Of a stretch of 39,317 nucleotides of DNA, positions 27,325 through 37,373 are shown one piece after another. The stretch lies in contig WRNU01000002.1 of assembly GCA_009776435.1 (NCBI GenBank), positions 1 through 39,317 on the forward strand. Direction: 5' to 3'. The stretch comes from Betaproteobacteria bacterium. GTDB lineage: Bacteria; Pseudomonadota; Gammaproteobacteria; Burkholderiales; Rhodocyclaceae. The notes beneath the pieces were generated by a model, which was not told the DNA's origin, ran no database searches, and saw only the letters and a program-made list of their open reading frames with translations. Numbering within the stretch: the stretch's first letter is position 1; each line of letters begins with the position of its first letter. The position numbers and the translations under genes are program-made.

Positions 27325-29337
27325 TTATTCGCTCACCGCACTCTTTACCACATCCACCACACGCTGAACAGTGAACCCAAAGTGCTCGAACAGCTTCCCC
27401 GCCGGAGCCGATGCGCCGAAGGTGTCGATGCTGATGACTGCGCCCTCCAGCCCGACATATTTGCGCCAGAAATCGCCCTGTGCGGCTTCAATGGCAACGC
27501 GGTGGGCGTGTTGATCGAGGACTTCGAGCCGGTATTCCAGGCTTTGGCGGTCGAAGACGTTGGTGGAGGGCATGGAGACGACGCGGGTGGGGATGCCGTC
27601 CTTTTCCAGCACGGCCTTGGCGTCGAGCGCCAGTTTGACTTCGGAGCCGGTGGCGATGAGTACGACCTGGGGGGTTCCAACGTCCGCATCAGCAAGGATA
27701 TAACCGCCTTTTCTGATGTCGTCCGCGTCAATATTGCCCGTAACAGCAGGTAGATTCTGTCGGGAGAGGGCAAGCAGGGTGGGGCCGTCCGCGCGTTCGA
27801 TACCGGCAACCCATGCAACCGCCGTCTCCATGGCATCGCTCGGCCGCCAGACATCGAGGTTGGGAATCAGCCGCAGACTGGGGATGTGTTCGATGGGTTG
27901 GTGCGTGGGGCCGTCTTCGCCGAGACCGATGGAGTCGTGGGTGTAGACCATAATCTGCCGCTGACGCATGAGCGCGGCCATCCGGATGGCGTTCCTGGCG
28001 TAGTCGGAGAAGACGAGAAAGGTGGCGGTGTAGGGAATCAGGCCGCCATGGAGCGCCAGCCCGTTGGCAATGGCGGTCATGCCGAATTCGCGCACCCCGT
28101 AGTAACAGTAGTTGCCGCCCTCGCGGGCCGTTACGCCCCGGCTGCCCTGGACGAAGGTTAGGTTGGAACCGGCAAGGTCGGCAGAGCCGCCGAACAGTTC
28201 CGGTAGAGAAGGAAGGAGGGCTGCAATCACGTTCTGACTGGCCTTGCGGATGGCGATGTTGTCCGCCTTGCAGGCGGCGATAACCTGCGTCGCAATCCGG
28301 GACCAGTCGGCGGGAAGCTCCCGGCGAATGACGCGCCGCTCGAATTCGGCGGCAAGTTCGGGGAAAACGGCGCGATATGCATCGAACTGCCGTTGCCAGT
28401 CGGCTTCGAGTGCCTTTCCTTTTTCCTGGGCATTCCAGGCGGCGTAAACGTCGGCGGGGATTTCAAACGGAGGATGCGGCCAGCCGATAGCCTCTCGTGT
28501 GGCGGCGACTTCATCCGCGCCCAACGGTGCGCCGTGGCAATCGTGGCTGCCCGCCTTGTTGGGGGAACCCATGCCAATGACGGTTTTGCAGCAGATGAGC
28601 GAGGGTCTTTGGGCTTCTTTCCGCGCAACGGCAAGGGCAGTCTCGATCGCCTGGGGGTCGTGGCCGGGAACGTCCGGGATGACCTGCCAGCCGTAGGCTT
28701 CAAAGCGTTTGGGGGTGTCGTCGGTGAACCAGCCTTCAACATGACCGTCGATGGAAATTCCATTGTCATCATAGAAGACGATCAGCTTGCCAAGGCCGAG
28801 CGTGCCCGCGAGGGAGCAGGCTTCGTGGGAGACGCCTTCCATCAGGCAGCCGTCGCCTACGAATGCGTAGGTGGCGTGATCGACGATGGCGTGGCCGGGG
28901 CGGTTGAATTCGGCGGCAAGCAGTTTTTCCGCCAGCGCGAAGCCGACGGCGTTGGCGATGCCTTGTCCGAGCGGGCCGGTGGTGGTTTCCACGCCGGGCG
29001 TGTGGTCGACCTCCGGGTGTCCGGCGGTTTTGGAGCCGAACTGGCGGAAATTCTTGAGATCGTCGATCGAGAGGTCGTAGCCCGTGAGGTGGAGCAGGGC
29101 GTAGATGAGCATGGAGCCATGCCCGTTGGAGAGGACGAAGCGGTCACGATCCGGCCAGCCGGGGTTGGCAGGGTTATGTTTCAGGGTGCGCCGCCAGAGC
29201 ACTTCGGCGATATCTGCCATGCCGAGCGGCGCGCCGGGATGCCCGGAGTTGGCTTTTTGGATGGCGTCGATGGCAAGCGCGCGAAGCGCGCCGGTGATCG
29301 GATTGAAAACCGGGGTGAAGGAGGATGGTTGCGACAT
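27325..29337 (-). CDS. tkt: Transketolase
   Basis: [35 protein letters not shown] and GEDGPTHQP. Confidence 0.98.
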   Translation of the reverse strand: MSQPSSFTPVFNPITGALRALAIDAIQKANSGHPGAPLGMADIAEVLWRRTLKHNPANPGWPDRDRFVLSNGHGSMLIYALLHLTGYDLSIDDLKNFRQFGSKTAGHPEVDHTPGVETTTGPLGQGIANAVGFALAEKLLAAEFNRPGHAIVDHATYAFVGDGCLMEGVSHEACSLAGTLGLGKLIVFYDDNGISIDGHVEGWFTDDTPKRFEAYGWQVIPDVPGHDPQAIETALAVARKEAQRPSLICCKTVIGMGSPNKAGSHDCHGAPLGADEVAATREAIGWPHPPFEIPADVYAAWNAQEKGKALEADWQRQFDAYRAVFPELAAEFERRVIRRELPADWSRIATQVIAACKADNIAIRKASQNVIAALLPSLPELFGGSADLAGSNLTFVQGSRGVTAREGGNYCYYGVREFGMTAIANGLALHGGLIPYTATFLVFSDYARNAIRMAALMRQRQIMVYTHDSIGLGEDGPTHQPIEHIPSLRLIPNLDVWRPSDAMETAVAWVAGIERADGPTLLALSRQNLPAVTGNIDADDIRKGGYILADADVGTPQVVLIATGSEVKLALDAKAVLEKDGIPTRVVSMPSTNVFDRQSLEYRLEVLDQHAHRVAIEAAQGDFWRKYVGLEGAVISIDTFGASAPAGKLFEHFGFTVQRVVDVVKSAVSE

Positions 29338-29416
29338 GCTGTTCCTGCGCGTTGGGTTTTGAACGGTAGTTTTAGCTACATATCATATTTGTGGCTATGG
29401 ATAAGTGTAGCGTATC

Positions 29417-29635
29417 TTAACGAGTTGCTCAAAAACTCTGTGAGTGCGCACAGATCGGCGAAGCACCACCGTCATTGCAGTGCGTAGCGAAGCGAAGTCG
29501 CTGCAATCCACCCACCGCATGGATCCTGCGACTTCGCGCAGGATGACAGGCGGTGGATGTAGAGTTGCTCTTTAAAATTATTCATATGTCACTTTTCAAA
29601 AAGCGTACTGGCAGAGTTTTTGAGCAACCTGTTAA
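29417..29635. mobile_element. MITE-like non-autonomous element with 20-bp terminal inverted repeats, flanked by TTAA
   Basis: TTAA-CGAGTTGCTCAAAAACTCTG (29417-29440) and CAGAGTTTTTGAGCAACCTG-TTAA (29612-29635); the inner 17 bp are perfectly inverted. An internal palindrome lies at ~29471-29548. Confidence 0.8.
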
Positions 29636-30894
29636 AGGCCCAGCAGATAGTCCATGCTTGCACCTGTGTCATGAAAGTAGCCTATAAAACGCTTCTGAAA
29701 TTCTAAAATGGGCATTGATTCCAAACCAGTCGAGCTGTCTTCCAGGCGGCGAGGAGGCCCCTTTTGAAGTTCAGTTCCGTCTGGAGCCTGGACTCGCCAC
29801 GAGTTTCGGAAATAGACGCGACCATTTTCCACTTTCTCAAAAACAACAGCATGAAAAGAATCGGGATCTCTGCGAACCCTACGATCCCAATTCATGGAAA
29901 CGTACATGGGTGACGGATGAGGGAAACTAGTCAGCTCTAGAAAGTTACGAGAAAGAGAGAAAAAGTTGCCGAACAAACCCATCAGCGCTCGTTGAGCTTG
30001 GGAATTATCGGCACCTTGGTAGGATTTTGATCTGAATACCTTGTGGCGAGTTGTGCTTCTATCCTTTTTGTTGCTGTAATCGTCTATCCCGTTGGCGAAG
30101 TCCATTACCGCAGCTTGAAAAATCCGTGAAGAAGAAGGCCGATTGGCATTGTCTCTCTCTACGCTTCCGGGGCTTATTTCGAGCGTTCTGTTTCTTTTAT
30201 GTCCTATGCCATCTACATGTTCGAGTGTCACTCCTCGTAACTCGACTTTCCCTTCGGAAATGAGTCTCTGCATGATTCGAACATACTCGGCCGGATTTTG
30301 TTTGACGAGCATGTACTGTATTGCAGCTATACTGCAAGTATTTTTGGAGCCTTGGACGATTGTTCCGGGATTTGCCGCCTCTCGCATGATGTCGTAGAGC
30401 AACTCCTTATTTGTGATTTCTGGTTTTGTTTTTTTAAACTCAGCGGCCAGCGATTCTTTTCCAGCGCCCAAAGGCTGGGTGGCAATGCGATGCAAACTGT
30501 GGAGCAAGGTGTTGCCGTTTTTATCGGTGTCCAGCAAGGCGCTCTTGTCATTCACTTGGCGTTGGGCCAAGCGCACCAGCATCATACGGCCATTAGTACC
30601 GGCCGAATTGAAAACATCCAGTGCCTGACTTTGCTGTGCAGACGAGAAATTTTCATTTTCGAGAACAGTGACGAGGGTGCTTGCCATTCCCATCATTGTC
30701 ATAGGACCTGGTTTCCATGTGTCCTCCCATCGTTTTTTGGGCGCGGCCAGACTGCCGACGCCTGCCTGCTGCATTGCCTCACGATACTGCTGGGGGGCTG
30801 CAGTGTTCGGTGTCGGTGTTACATAGTTTTGGAATGACACATGGGGTGCTTTTGCTTCCGCGTGTGTTTTCATCATTGCAGGGCTTCCTTGCAT
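29632..30894 (-). CDS. Hypothetical protein with a papain-like cysteine protease signature
   Basis: Order Q-x5-C (IVQGSKNTC), then FHAVVF, then VYFRNSW. The start is uncertain. Confidence 0.6.
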   Translation of the reverse strand: MQGSPAMMKTHAEAKAPHVSFQNYVTPTPNTAAPQQYREAMQQAGVGSLAAPKKRWEDTWKPGPMTMMGMASTLVTVLENENFSSAQQSQALDVFNSAGTNGRMMLVRLAQRQVNDKSALLDTDKNGNTLLHSLHRIATQPLGAGKESLAAEFKKTKPEITNKELLYDIMREAANPGTIVQGSKNTCSIAAIQYMLVKQNPAEYVRIMQRLISEGKVELRGVTLEHVDGIGHKRNRTLEISPGSVERDNANRPSSSRIFQAAVMDFANGIDDYSNKKDRSTTRHKVFRSKSYQGADNSQAQRALMGLFGNFFSLSRNFLELTSFPHPSPMYVSMNWDRRVRRDPDSFHAVVFEKVENGRVYFRNSWRVQAPDGTELQKGPPRRLEDSSTGLESMPILEFQKRFIGYFHDTGASMDYLLGL

Positions 30895-30976
30895 GCGTCA
30901 AAGGTGAGCACTTTAAGTATGTATAAAATCCTTGGATGTTACATCACAATGAAACGGGTATTCATCGTGCGGGAAA

Positions 30977-32596
30977 TCAAGCCTTCGATGACCGGCGACG
31001 CAAAAGAGCGGGCAGCGCCAGAACCAACCCGGTAAATAGCCAGCCGATGGCTTGCGGGTTGGCAGGTTCGGGCAACCAACGTCCGATTGCGCACACCGCG
31101 ATGAGGGTGGCGCAGATGCGCTCGGCGCGGGAAAAATCGCTGCCGCGCAGCCAGCCGATGACGCCGTGAATCGCAGCCGGAGTCAGGTAGAGCAGGCTTG
31201 GAAAGTCGCGGTAGCGCGGAGAGGTGAGCAGCAGCAATGCCGCAATGGCGGCAGCGAAAAGAATAAAGCCGCGTAGTGCGGACAATGCATCGGCGGCCTC
31301 GATGCGCAGCCCTGTGTTTCGTATCCGTTGCCAGGCGATGTCGGCTGCCGCGAGCGGGTTGCCGAGCCAGCGCGTCAGGACCGCGCATGTGGTCAGCGTA
31401 GCGAGGGCGACCGCACCAAGGGCGATCCAGTGGGCCAAGTCGGCGTAGGCCAGACGGGCGTGTTCGGCGTGCAGGACGGCAATCAGGCCGGTCGTCGCGC
31501 CCGTGAGGGCGAGGGCGGCAAGACGCATCGGCTGTTGCCGGAGGGCTGTCCGGGAGGATCGGCCGACGAGGGCCAGGAGCAGGGCGAGGAGCGCGCCCGC
31601 AGCGACTCCAATCAACGGCGCGGTGATGTTTTCGCGCTCGGAAACGGGGCCGGAGAGGGAAAATTTTGTTTGCAGGGTATCGGCGTCGAGCATGCCCCAG
31701 TAGCCGCCGACAGTGCCTTCGAGCGACCGTTTCCACGGCTGGTCGATGGCTTCGATGAGGTTGTAGTCCCAGCCCGAGTCATGCGCCCGACGCACGAATT
31801 CCCGGATGTAGCGCGCTTGATTGACCTTCGAGGGCAGCGATTTTCCGCGCTGCCGACCGGCGCTCGGCCAGCCGGTTTCGCCGATCAGGATGGGTTTTCC
31901 GGCAAAAATCGGGCCGACCTTTGCGTGGACTTCGTCAACGTGGGCCAGCGCGCGCTCGATGTCGACCGGATCGTCTTCCCAGAAGGGCAGGATGTGCACG
32001 GTGACGAAATCGACATGCGCGGCCAGATCGCCGTTCTCGAGCCAGAATTCCCACACGTCGGCATAAGTGATGGGTACGGGGCTTTTCGCGCGTACCGATT
32101 CGAGCAGGGCGTGCATCTCCTTGGGGGGGAGTTCGCGGCGAAGCAGAACTTCGTTGCCGACGATGATCGCTCGTATAGTGTCGCGGTATGCGTAGGCAAG
32201 CGCGATGGCGCGTTCGAGTTCGAGGGCATTCTGCGCCTGGTCGTAGCCGATCCATGCGCCGAGCAGCACCTTGAGTCCCAGTTCATGGGCGATTTCGGGC
32301 ACTTGATCCAGTCCCTTGTCGGTCGAGTAGGTTCGCACACAGTCGGTAATCGCGGAGAGCGCGCGCAAATCTTCTTCGATCTGTTGGCGCGGGATGTGCA
32401 AGTTCTCATCGAACGGCGTCTGCCCTGGACGATGAAAGGGAGCGTAGGAGAGGCAACGCAATTTTTCGCCCTGAGCCAGTTCAAGACCGGGCATCTGCAC
32501 GGGCCGGGTTTTCGTGACGAGCCAACCCAGGAGCGCGGCAAGAACGACGAGATGGACGAGCGCAAGCGCCGTCCAGATCGAAAGCCTGATGGACAT
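30977..32596 (-). CDS. GH17 family membrane protein (NdvC-like beta-glucan synthesis/transglycosylase)
   Basis: SYAPF, CVRTY, VGNEVLLR, IGETGWPS and IEAIDQPWK, plus C-terminal TM helices. Confidence 0.85.
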   Translation of the reverse strand: MSIRLSIWTALALVHLVVLAALLGWLVTKTRPVQMPGLELAQGEKLRCLSYAPFHRPGQTPFDENLHIPRQQIEEDLRALSAITDCVRTYSTDKGLDQVPEIAHELGLKVLLGAWIGYDQAQNALELERAIALAYAYRDTIRAIIVGNEVLLRRELPPKEMHALLESVRAKSPVPITYADVWEFWLENGDLAAHVDFVTVHILPFWEDDPVDIERALAHVDEVHAKVGPIFAGKPILIGETGWPSAGRQRGKSLPSKVNQARYIREFVRRAHDSGWDYNLIEAIDQPWKRSLEGTVGGYWGMLDADTLQTKFSLSGPVSERENITAPLIGVAAGALLALLLALVGRSSRTALRQQPMRLAALALTGATTGLIAVLHAEHARLAYADLAHWIALGAVALATLTTCAVLTRWLGNPLAAADIAWQRIRNTGLRIEAADALSALRGFILFAAAIAALLLLTSPRYRDFPSLLYLTPAAIHGVIGWLRGSDFSRAERICATLIAVCAIGRWLPEPANPQAIGWLFTGLVLALPALLRRRSSKA

Positions 32597-32614
32597 GAAA
32601 GGGAAAACGCCACG

Positions 32615-35503
32615 TCAGCGGGGGTCGGCTTCCTCCAATACGCAACACAGATTGCGGTCGCCCCAGACCTCGTCGATCCGGTTCACACTCGGCCAGAATT
32701 TGTTTTCCGCAATCCAGGGGAGCGGGAAAACCGCTTGTTCGCGGCTGTAGGCGCGCTTCCAGTCATCCACGAGGTCGGCCTGGGTGTGGGGCGCGTTCTT
32801 GAGCGGGTTGTCGGTCGCACTCCATTCGCCGAGTTCGACGCGGCGGATTTCATCGCGGATGGACAGCATGGCCTCGATGAAACGATCCAGCTCGGCCAGC
32901 GTTTCCGATTCGGTCGGCTCGACCATCATCGTGCCCGCGACGGGGAAGGAGACGGTGGGGGCGTGAAAGCCATAGTCCATGAGCCGTTTGGCGATGTCGA
33001 TTTCGCTCACGCCGGTGGCAGCCTTGATCGGACGAATGTCCAGGAGGCATTCGTGCGCCACGCGCCCGTGCTTGCCGGTGTAGAGCACCGGGTAATGAGG
33101 CTTGAGACGGTGGGCGATGTAGTTGGCGTTGAGAATGGCAAGTTCGGTTGCCCGTCTGAGTCCTTCGCCGCCCATCATGGCAATGTACATCCATGAAATC
33201 GGCAGGATGCCAGCGGAGCCGAACGGGGCGGCGCTGACCGCGCCCTGTCCGCGATTGGGACGTTGGCGGCTCGAGGCGTCTTCCGGCATGAAGACGTGGT
33301 CGGGGGCAAAGGGCACGAGATGCGCGGCCAGCGCGATCGGTCCCATGCCCGGCCCTCCGCCGCCGTGCGGGATGGCGAAGGTCTTGTGCAGATTCATGTG
33401 CGTGACATCCGCGCCGACGAAACCGGGGGAGGAGAGACCGACCAGGGCGTTGAGGTTTGCGCCGTCCAGGTAAACCTGCCCGCCGTGATCGTGGACGATC
33501 TGGCAGATTTCGCGGATGCCTTGCTCAAAAACGCCGTGGGTGGAGGGGTAGGTAATCATCAGCGCCGCAAGCTCGTGGGTGTGCATGGCGGCCTTGGCTT
33601 TCAGATCGCCGAGGTCGACGTCGCCGTCGCTGTTGCAGTCGACCGTGATGACCTTCATGCCTGCCATCTGGGCGGAGGCCGGATTGGTTCCGTGCGCCGA
33701 TTGGGGGATCAGGCAGATGCGGCGGTACGCCTGCCCACGGTTGGCGTGGTAGCGCGCGATGACGGCCAGTCCGGCGTATTCGCCCTGCGCGCCGGAATTC
33801 GGCTGCATGCAGACGGCGGGAAAACCCGTGATCTTGCAAAGCCAGGCAGCCAGTCCGCGAATCATTTCCATTATGCCAGCGGTTTCGGCAGACGGTGCGA
33901 ACGGATGGAGCGTGGCGAATTCCGGCCAGGTGATCGGCATCATGGCTGCCGTAGCGTTGAGTTTCATCGTGCAGGAGCCGAGCGGGATCATCGAGTGATC
34001 GAGCGCGAGATCCCGGTTTTGCAGGCGCTTGAGGTAGCGCAGCATCGCGTGTTCGGTGTGGTGGGTGTTGAACACGGGGTGGGCGAGAATGTCGTCGTTG
34101 CGCAACAGCGCAGCGGGGATGAACTCGAGGGTTTCGGCGCGGCGGTCGAGCGCGTCGAGTTTGGCTTCGTCGATGAAGGTTCCGAAGGCGCGGATCAGCG
34201 CGATGAGATCGGCGCGGGTGGTGGTCTCGTCCAGCGTGATGCCGAGGGTGACTTCGTCGAGCCAACGCAGGTCGTAGCCCATCTCGGCGGCTGCGGTGAA
34301 GGCGTTTTTCGCCAGACTGGCAGTGGGCAAAGTGACGGCCACGGTGTCGAAAAACGCCTGTTCGCGTACCTGACGCCCCGAGGCGCGCAGCGCCAGGGTC
34401 AGGATGGCGGCCAGACGGTGGATGCGCCCGGCAATGGCGCGCAGGCCGCTCGGGCCGTGCCAGACGGCGTAAAACGCGGCCATGTTGGCGAGCAGCGCCT
34501 GCGAGGTGCAGATGTTGGAGTTGGCTTTTTCGCGCCGGATGTGCTGTTCGCGTGTTTGCAGACTCATGCGGTAGGCGCGCTTGCCGCGCGAGTCTCTGGA
34601 GACTCCGATGATGCGGCCCGGCATCGACCGGACATGGGCGAAGCGGGCGGCGAAATAGGCCGCATGCGGGCCGCCGAAGCCCATCGGGACGCCGAAACGC
34701 TGCATCGAACCCAGGGCGATGTCGGCGCCGAGCGCGCCGGGACTCTTGAGCAGCACGAGCGCCATCGGGTCGGCAGCGACGGCGACGATCGCTCCGCTTG
34801 CCCTGAGTTCGGCGATGATCAGGCTCAGGTCTTTCACTTCGCCGTCCATACCGGGGTATTGCAGCAGCGCGCCGAAGACTTCGCGCCGGGTGGCATCTTC
34901 CGTTTTGCCGGTGAGAATCTCGAAGCCGAAGCCCTGTGCGCGGGTGCGCAGCACGTCGAGTGTTTGCGGCAGGCAATCGGCGTCGACGAAGAACATGTTC
35001 GAGGCGGATTTCGATATCCGTCGCGCCATTGTCATCGCCTCGGCGGCGGCAGTCGCTTCGTCGAGCAGCGAGGCGTTGGCAACATCCAGCCCGGTGAGAT
35101 CGACGACCAATTGCTGGAAGGTGAGCAGGGCTTCGAGCCGGCCCTGGGCAATTTCGGTCTGGTAGGGTGTGTAGGCGGTGTACCAGCCGGGATTCTCCAG
35201 CACATTTCGCAGGATGACTGCCGGGGTGTGCGTGCCGTGGTAACCGAGACCGATCATCGGTTTTCTCGGGGCGTCCTTCGAGGCGATGCCGCGCAGTCGC
35301 GCAAGCGCCTGTTGCTCACCAAGGGGGGAATCGAGTTCCAGCGGCCTGGGCAGGCGAATGGCCTGCGGCATGGCCTGACTGATCAACTCGTCGATATCGG
35401 CAACGCCGATTGCGGCGCAGAGGCGGGCGATTTCATCCGGGGAGGAACCCAGATGGCGGGAAGCGAAATCGTCATGACGAATGAGTTCTGCCAGGGTGGT
35501 CAT
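32615..35503 (-). CDS. gcvP: Glycine dehydrogenase (glycine cleavage P protein)
   Basis: [30 protein letters not shown] and the PLP lysine in NLHKTF. Confidence 0.98.
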   Translation of the reverse strand: MTTLAELIRHDDFASRHLGSSPDEIARLCAAIGVADIDELISQAMPQAIRLPRPLELDSPLGEQQALARLRGIASKDAPRKPMIGLGYHGTHTPAVILRNVLENPGWYTAYTPYQTEIAQGRLEALLTFQQLVVDLTGLDVANASLLDEATAAAEAMTMARRISKSASNMFFVDADCLPQTLDVLRTRAQGFGFEILTGKTEDATRREVFGALLQYPGMDGEVKDLSLIIAELRASGAIVAVAADPMALVLLKSPGALGADIALGSMQRFGVPMGFGGPHAAYFAARFAHVRSMPGRIIGVSRDSRGKRAYRMSLQTREQHIRREKANSNICTSQALLANMAAFYAVWHGPSGLRAIAGRIHRLAAILTLALRASGRQVREQAFFDTVAVTLPTASLAKNAFTAAAEMGYDLRWLDEVTLGITLDETTTRADLIALIRAFGTFIDEAKLDALDRRAETLEFIPAALLRNDDILAHPVFNTHHTEHAMLRYLKRLQNRDLALDHSMIPLGSCTMKLNATAAMMPITWPEFATLHPFAPSAETAGIMEMIRGLAAWLCKITGFPAVCMQPNSGAQGEYAGLAVIARYHANRGQAYRRICLIPQSAHGTNPASAQMAGMKVITVDCNSDGDVDLGDLKAKAAMHTHELAALMITYPSTHGVFEQGIREICQIVHDHGGQVYLDGANLNALVGLSSPGFVGADVTHMNLHKTFAIPHGGGGPGMGPIALAAHLVPFAPDHVFMPEDASSRQRPNRGQGAVSAAPFGSAGILPISWMYIAMMGGEGLRRATELAILNANYIAHRLKPHYPVLYTGKHGRVAHECLLDIRPIKAATGVSEIDIAKRLMDYGFHAPTVSFPVAGTMMVEPTESETLAELDRFIEAMLSIRDEIRRVELGEWSATDNPLKNAPHTQADLVDDWKRAYSREQAVFPLPWIAENKFWPSVNRIDEVWGDRNLCCVLEEADPR

Positions 35504-35609
35504 CTAAAACAATCTCCGGTTTGAAACCTCCCCTTTCGAGGGGATTTCGGGCATGGGAGAGGTGTGACCTCTTCCGTGTCATCCGGCTGCGCCGGATGTG
35601 GATTGAAAC
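35504..35609 (+). repeat. Copy 2 (106 bp) of the structured interspersed element; type I-C-like repeat at 35578-35609
   Basis: Aligns with 17013-17123, has AT on both sides, and is antisense to the gcv operon. Confidence 0.9.
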
Positions 35610-35615
35610 ATGGGA

Positions 35616-36002
35616 TTATTCTTCGGCAAGCGTGGATTGGTAGGCGGCGGCGTCCAGCAGGGTTGCCGTGTCGGCATCGGCAGCGGGGCGCAGCTTGAAG
35701 AGCCAGGCAGCGTAGGCATCGGCATTGATGCTCTCGGGGGCGTCGACAGCGCCTTGGTTGATGGCGACGACTTCGCCCGCGAGCGGGGCGTAGATGTCGG
35801 AAGCGGCCTTGACCGATTCGATGACGGCGCAGCTTTCCCCTGTTGCCAGTTTGCGGCCCGCCTCGGGTAGTTCGAGGAAAACGATGTCGCCCAGCGCCTT
35901 CTGGGCATGGTCGGTGATGCCGATCGTCACGGAGCCGTCGTCTTCGAAACGTATCCACTCATGGGTGTCGGTGTATTTCAGTTCGGATGGAACATTACTC
36001 AT
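35616..36002 (-). CDS. gcvH: Glycine cleavage H protein
   Basis: HEW, GITDHAQ..LGD and the lipoyl lysine in ESVKAASD. Confidence 0.98.
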   Translation of the reverse strand: MSNVPSELKYTDTHEWIRFEDDGSVTIGITDHAQKALGDIVFLELPEAGRKLATGESCAVIESVKAASDIYAPLAGEVVAINQGAVDAPESINADAYAAWLFKLRPAADADTATLLDAAAYQSTLAEE

Positions 36003-36066
36003 GGGAATCTCCGGCAGGAAAGAGGAAAAAGGCAGCGTGCAGGGAGTGATATGTCAAAAGCGTGTT

Positions 36067-37179
36067 TCAGATGAGTATTTTGCCGTGGCGCACGAAAGGC
36101 ATCTTGACCGTGCGCGCAAGCAGGCGTTTGCCCCGGATTTCGACTTCGACTTTTTCGCCCACGAGGGTGGAGAGGGGTAGCCGAGCGAAGGCAATGGATT
36201 TTTCGAGCGTGGGCGAGAAGCTGCCACTGGTAGTCTCTCCCTCGCCAGCGGCGGTAAACACCGGCATGTGGGCGCGCAGCACGCCGCGTTCTTCGAGCAC
36301 GATCCCGAGCAACTGGCGGGTGGCAGGATGGGCTTCGAGGGCGGTGCGTCCGCTGAAGGCGCGAGACGGATCGGTCGTGTCGACGGTCCAGGCGAGGCCC
36401 GAGTCGAGGGGCGAGACGGTCTCGTCCATGTCCTGCCCGTAGAGATTCATTCCGGCTTCGAGGCGCAGGGTATCGCGCGCGCCCAGGCCGCAGGGTTTCA
36501 CCCCGGCGCCCAGTAGCGCCTGCCAGAGAGTCGTGGCCTGCGCGGCGGGCAGAGTCAACTCGAAGCCGTCTTCGCCGGTATAGCCGGTGCGGCCAATGAA
36601 AATGTCACCGATTTGCGCGCCGGAGAACGGGGGCAGCGTTTCACTGCCGGTTTTCAGGCCGGGCAGCGCCAGCCAGGTTTTTTCGCGCGCCTTCGGCCCC
36701 TGCACGGCGATCATGGCAAGGTCGCGCCGCTCGGTGAGGCTCACGTTGAAACCGTGACTGGCAATGTGTTTGCGCATCCAGGCCACGTCTTTCACGGCAG
36801 TGCCCGCGTTGACCACGATCCGGTAGCGTTCGTCGTCGAACCGGTAGACGATGAGATCGTCGATCACGCCACCGTCTTCGCGCAGCATGCAGGAGTAGAG
36901 CGCCTTGCCGGGGACGTTCGCGCGGGCGAGCCGGGCAACGTCGTTGGCGAGCAGGGCGCGCAGCCAGGTGGTGGAGTCGAACCCTTCGAGATCGAGCGCA
37001 AGCATGTGCGAGACGTCGAACATGCCCGCATCGCGCCGCACGGCATGGTGTTCGTCGATTTGCGAGCCGTAATTGACCGGCATGTGCCAGCCGGCAAAAT
37101 CGACCATGTGCGCATCGGCAGCGAGGTGGGCGTCGTGGAATGGGGTCTGGAGGGAAGAGGTGGAGGCAGTATTGCTCAT
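36067..37179 (-). CDS. gcvT: Aminomethyltransferase (glycine cleavage T protein)
   Basis: FAGW.MPV.Y, FDVSHM, RTGYTGEDGFE and GARDTLRLEAG. ATG 37179 is the likely start. Confidence 0.97.
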   Translation of the reverse strand: MSNTASTSSLQTPFHDAHLAADAHMVDFAGWHMPVNYGSQIDEHHAVRRDAGMFDVSHMLALDLEGFDSTTWLRALLANDVARLARANVPGKALYSCMLREDGGVIDDLIVYRFDDERYRIVVNAGTAVKDVAWMRKHIASHGFNVSLTERRDLAMIAVQGPKAREKTWLALPGLKTGSETLPPFSGAQIGDIFIGRTGYTGEDGFELTLPAAQATTLWQALLGAGVKPCGLGARDTLRLEAGMNLYGQDMDETVSPLDSGLAWTVDTTDPSRAFSGRTALEAHPATRQLLGIVLEERGVLRAHMPVFTAAGEGETTSGSFSPTLEKSIAFARLPLSTLVGEKVEVEIRGKRLLARTVKMPFVRHGKILI

Positions 37180-37373
37180 GGCGGTGGTTTTTACTCGTAG
37201 CGGTGGCTTTTGCATGTGACAAGAGGATTCTTTTTCGTGCAACGAGCGACGATAGCATCGCTTTGAATAAAGTCGCAAGCATCGGCAAGCCGGATGCGGT
37301 AAACTCTCGCCGTTTGACGGGGAATTCGTCTCCGTCGATGGGGTCATTTCAGAGCACACGCGCGGAAAACGAA

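Noticed and set aside
19556-27348. Integrase, transposase, csn2 or cas4 within the CRISPR island
   Set aside because: All the space is accounted for by higBA, the array, cas genes and tracrRNA; no such ORF or remnant is visible.
31328-35524. Long + strand ORFs (622 and 753 aa) and similar antisense ORFs over tkt, manC, rmlB and ppiD
   Set aside because: They are shadow frames of high-GC genes with clear identities on the other strand and carry no motifs of their own.
37180-37373. Glycine riboswitch upstream of gcvT
   Set aside because: There is no GGAGA...CCGAAG...CTCTCAGG aptamer pattern on the minus strand, and the space is tight.
37140-37373. N-terminal extensions of ppiD (37140), gcvT (37359) and rmlB (13904) given by the ORF track
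   Set aside because: The ppiD and gcvT extensions overlap each other, and family-typical N-termini begin at 37374, 37179 and 14048.
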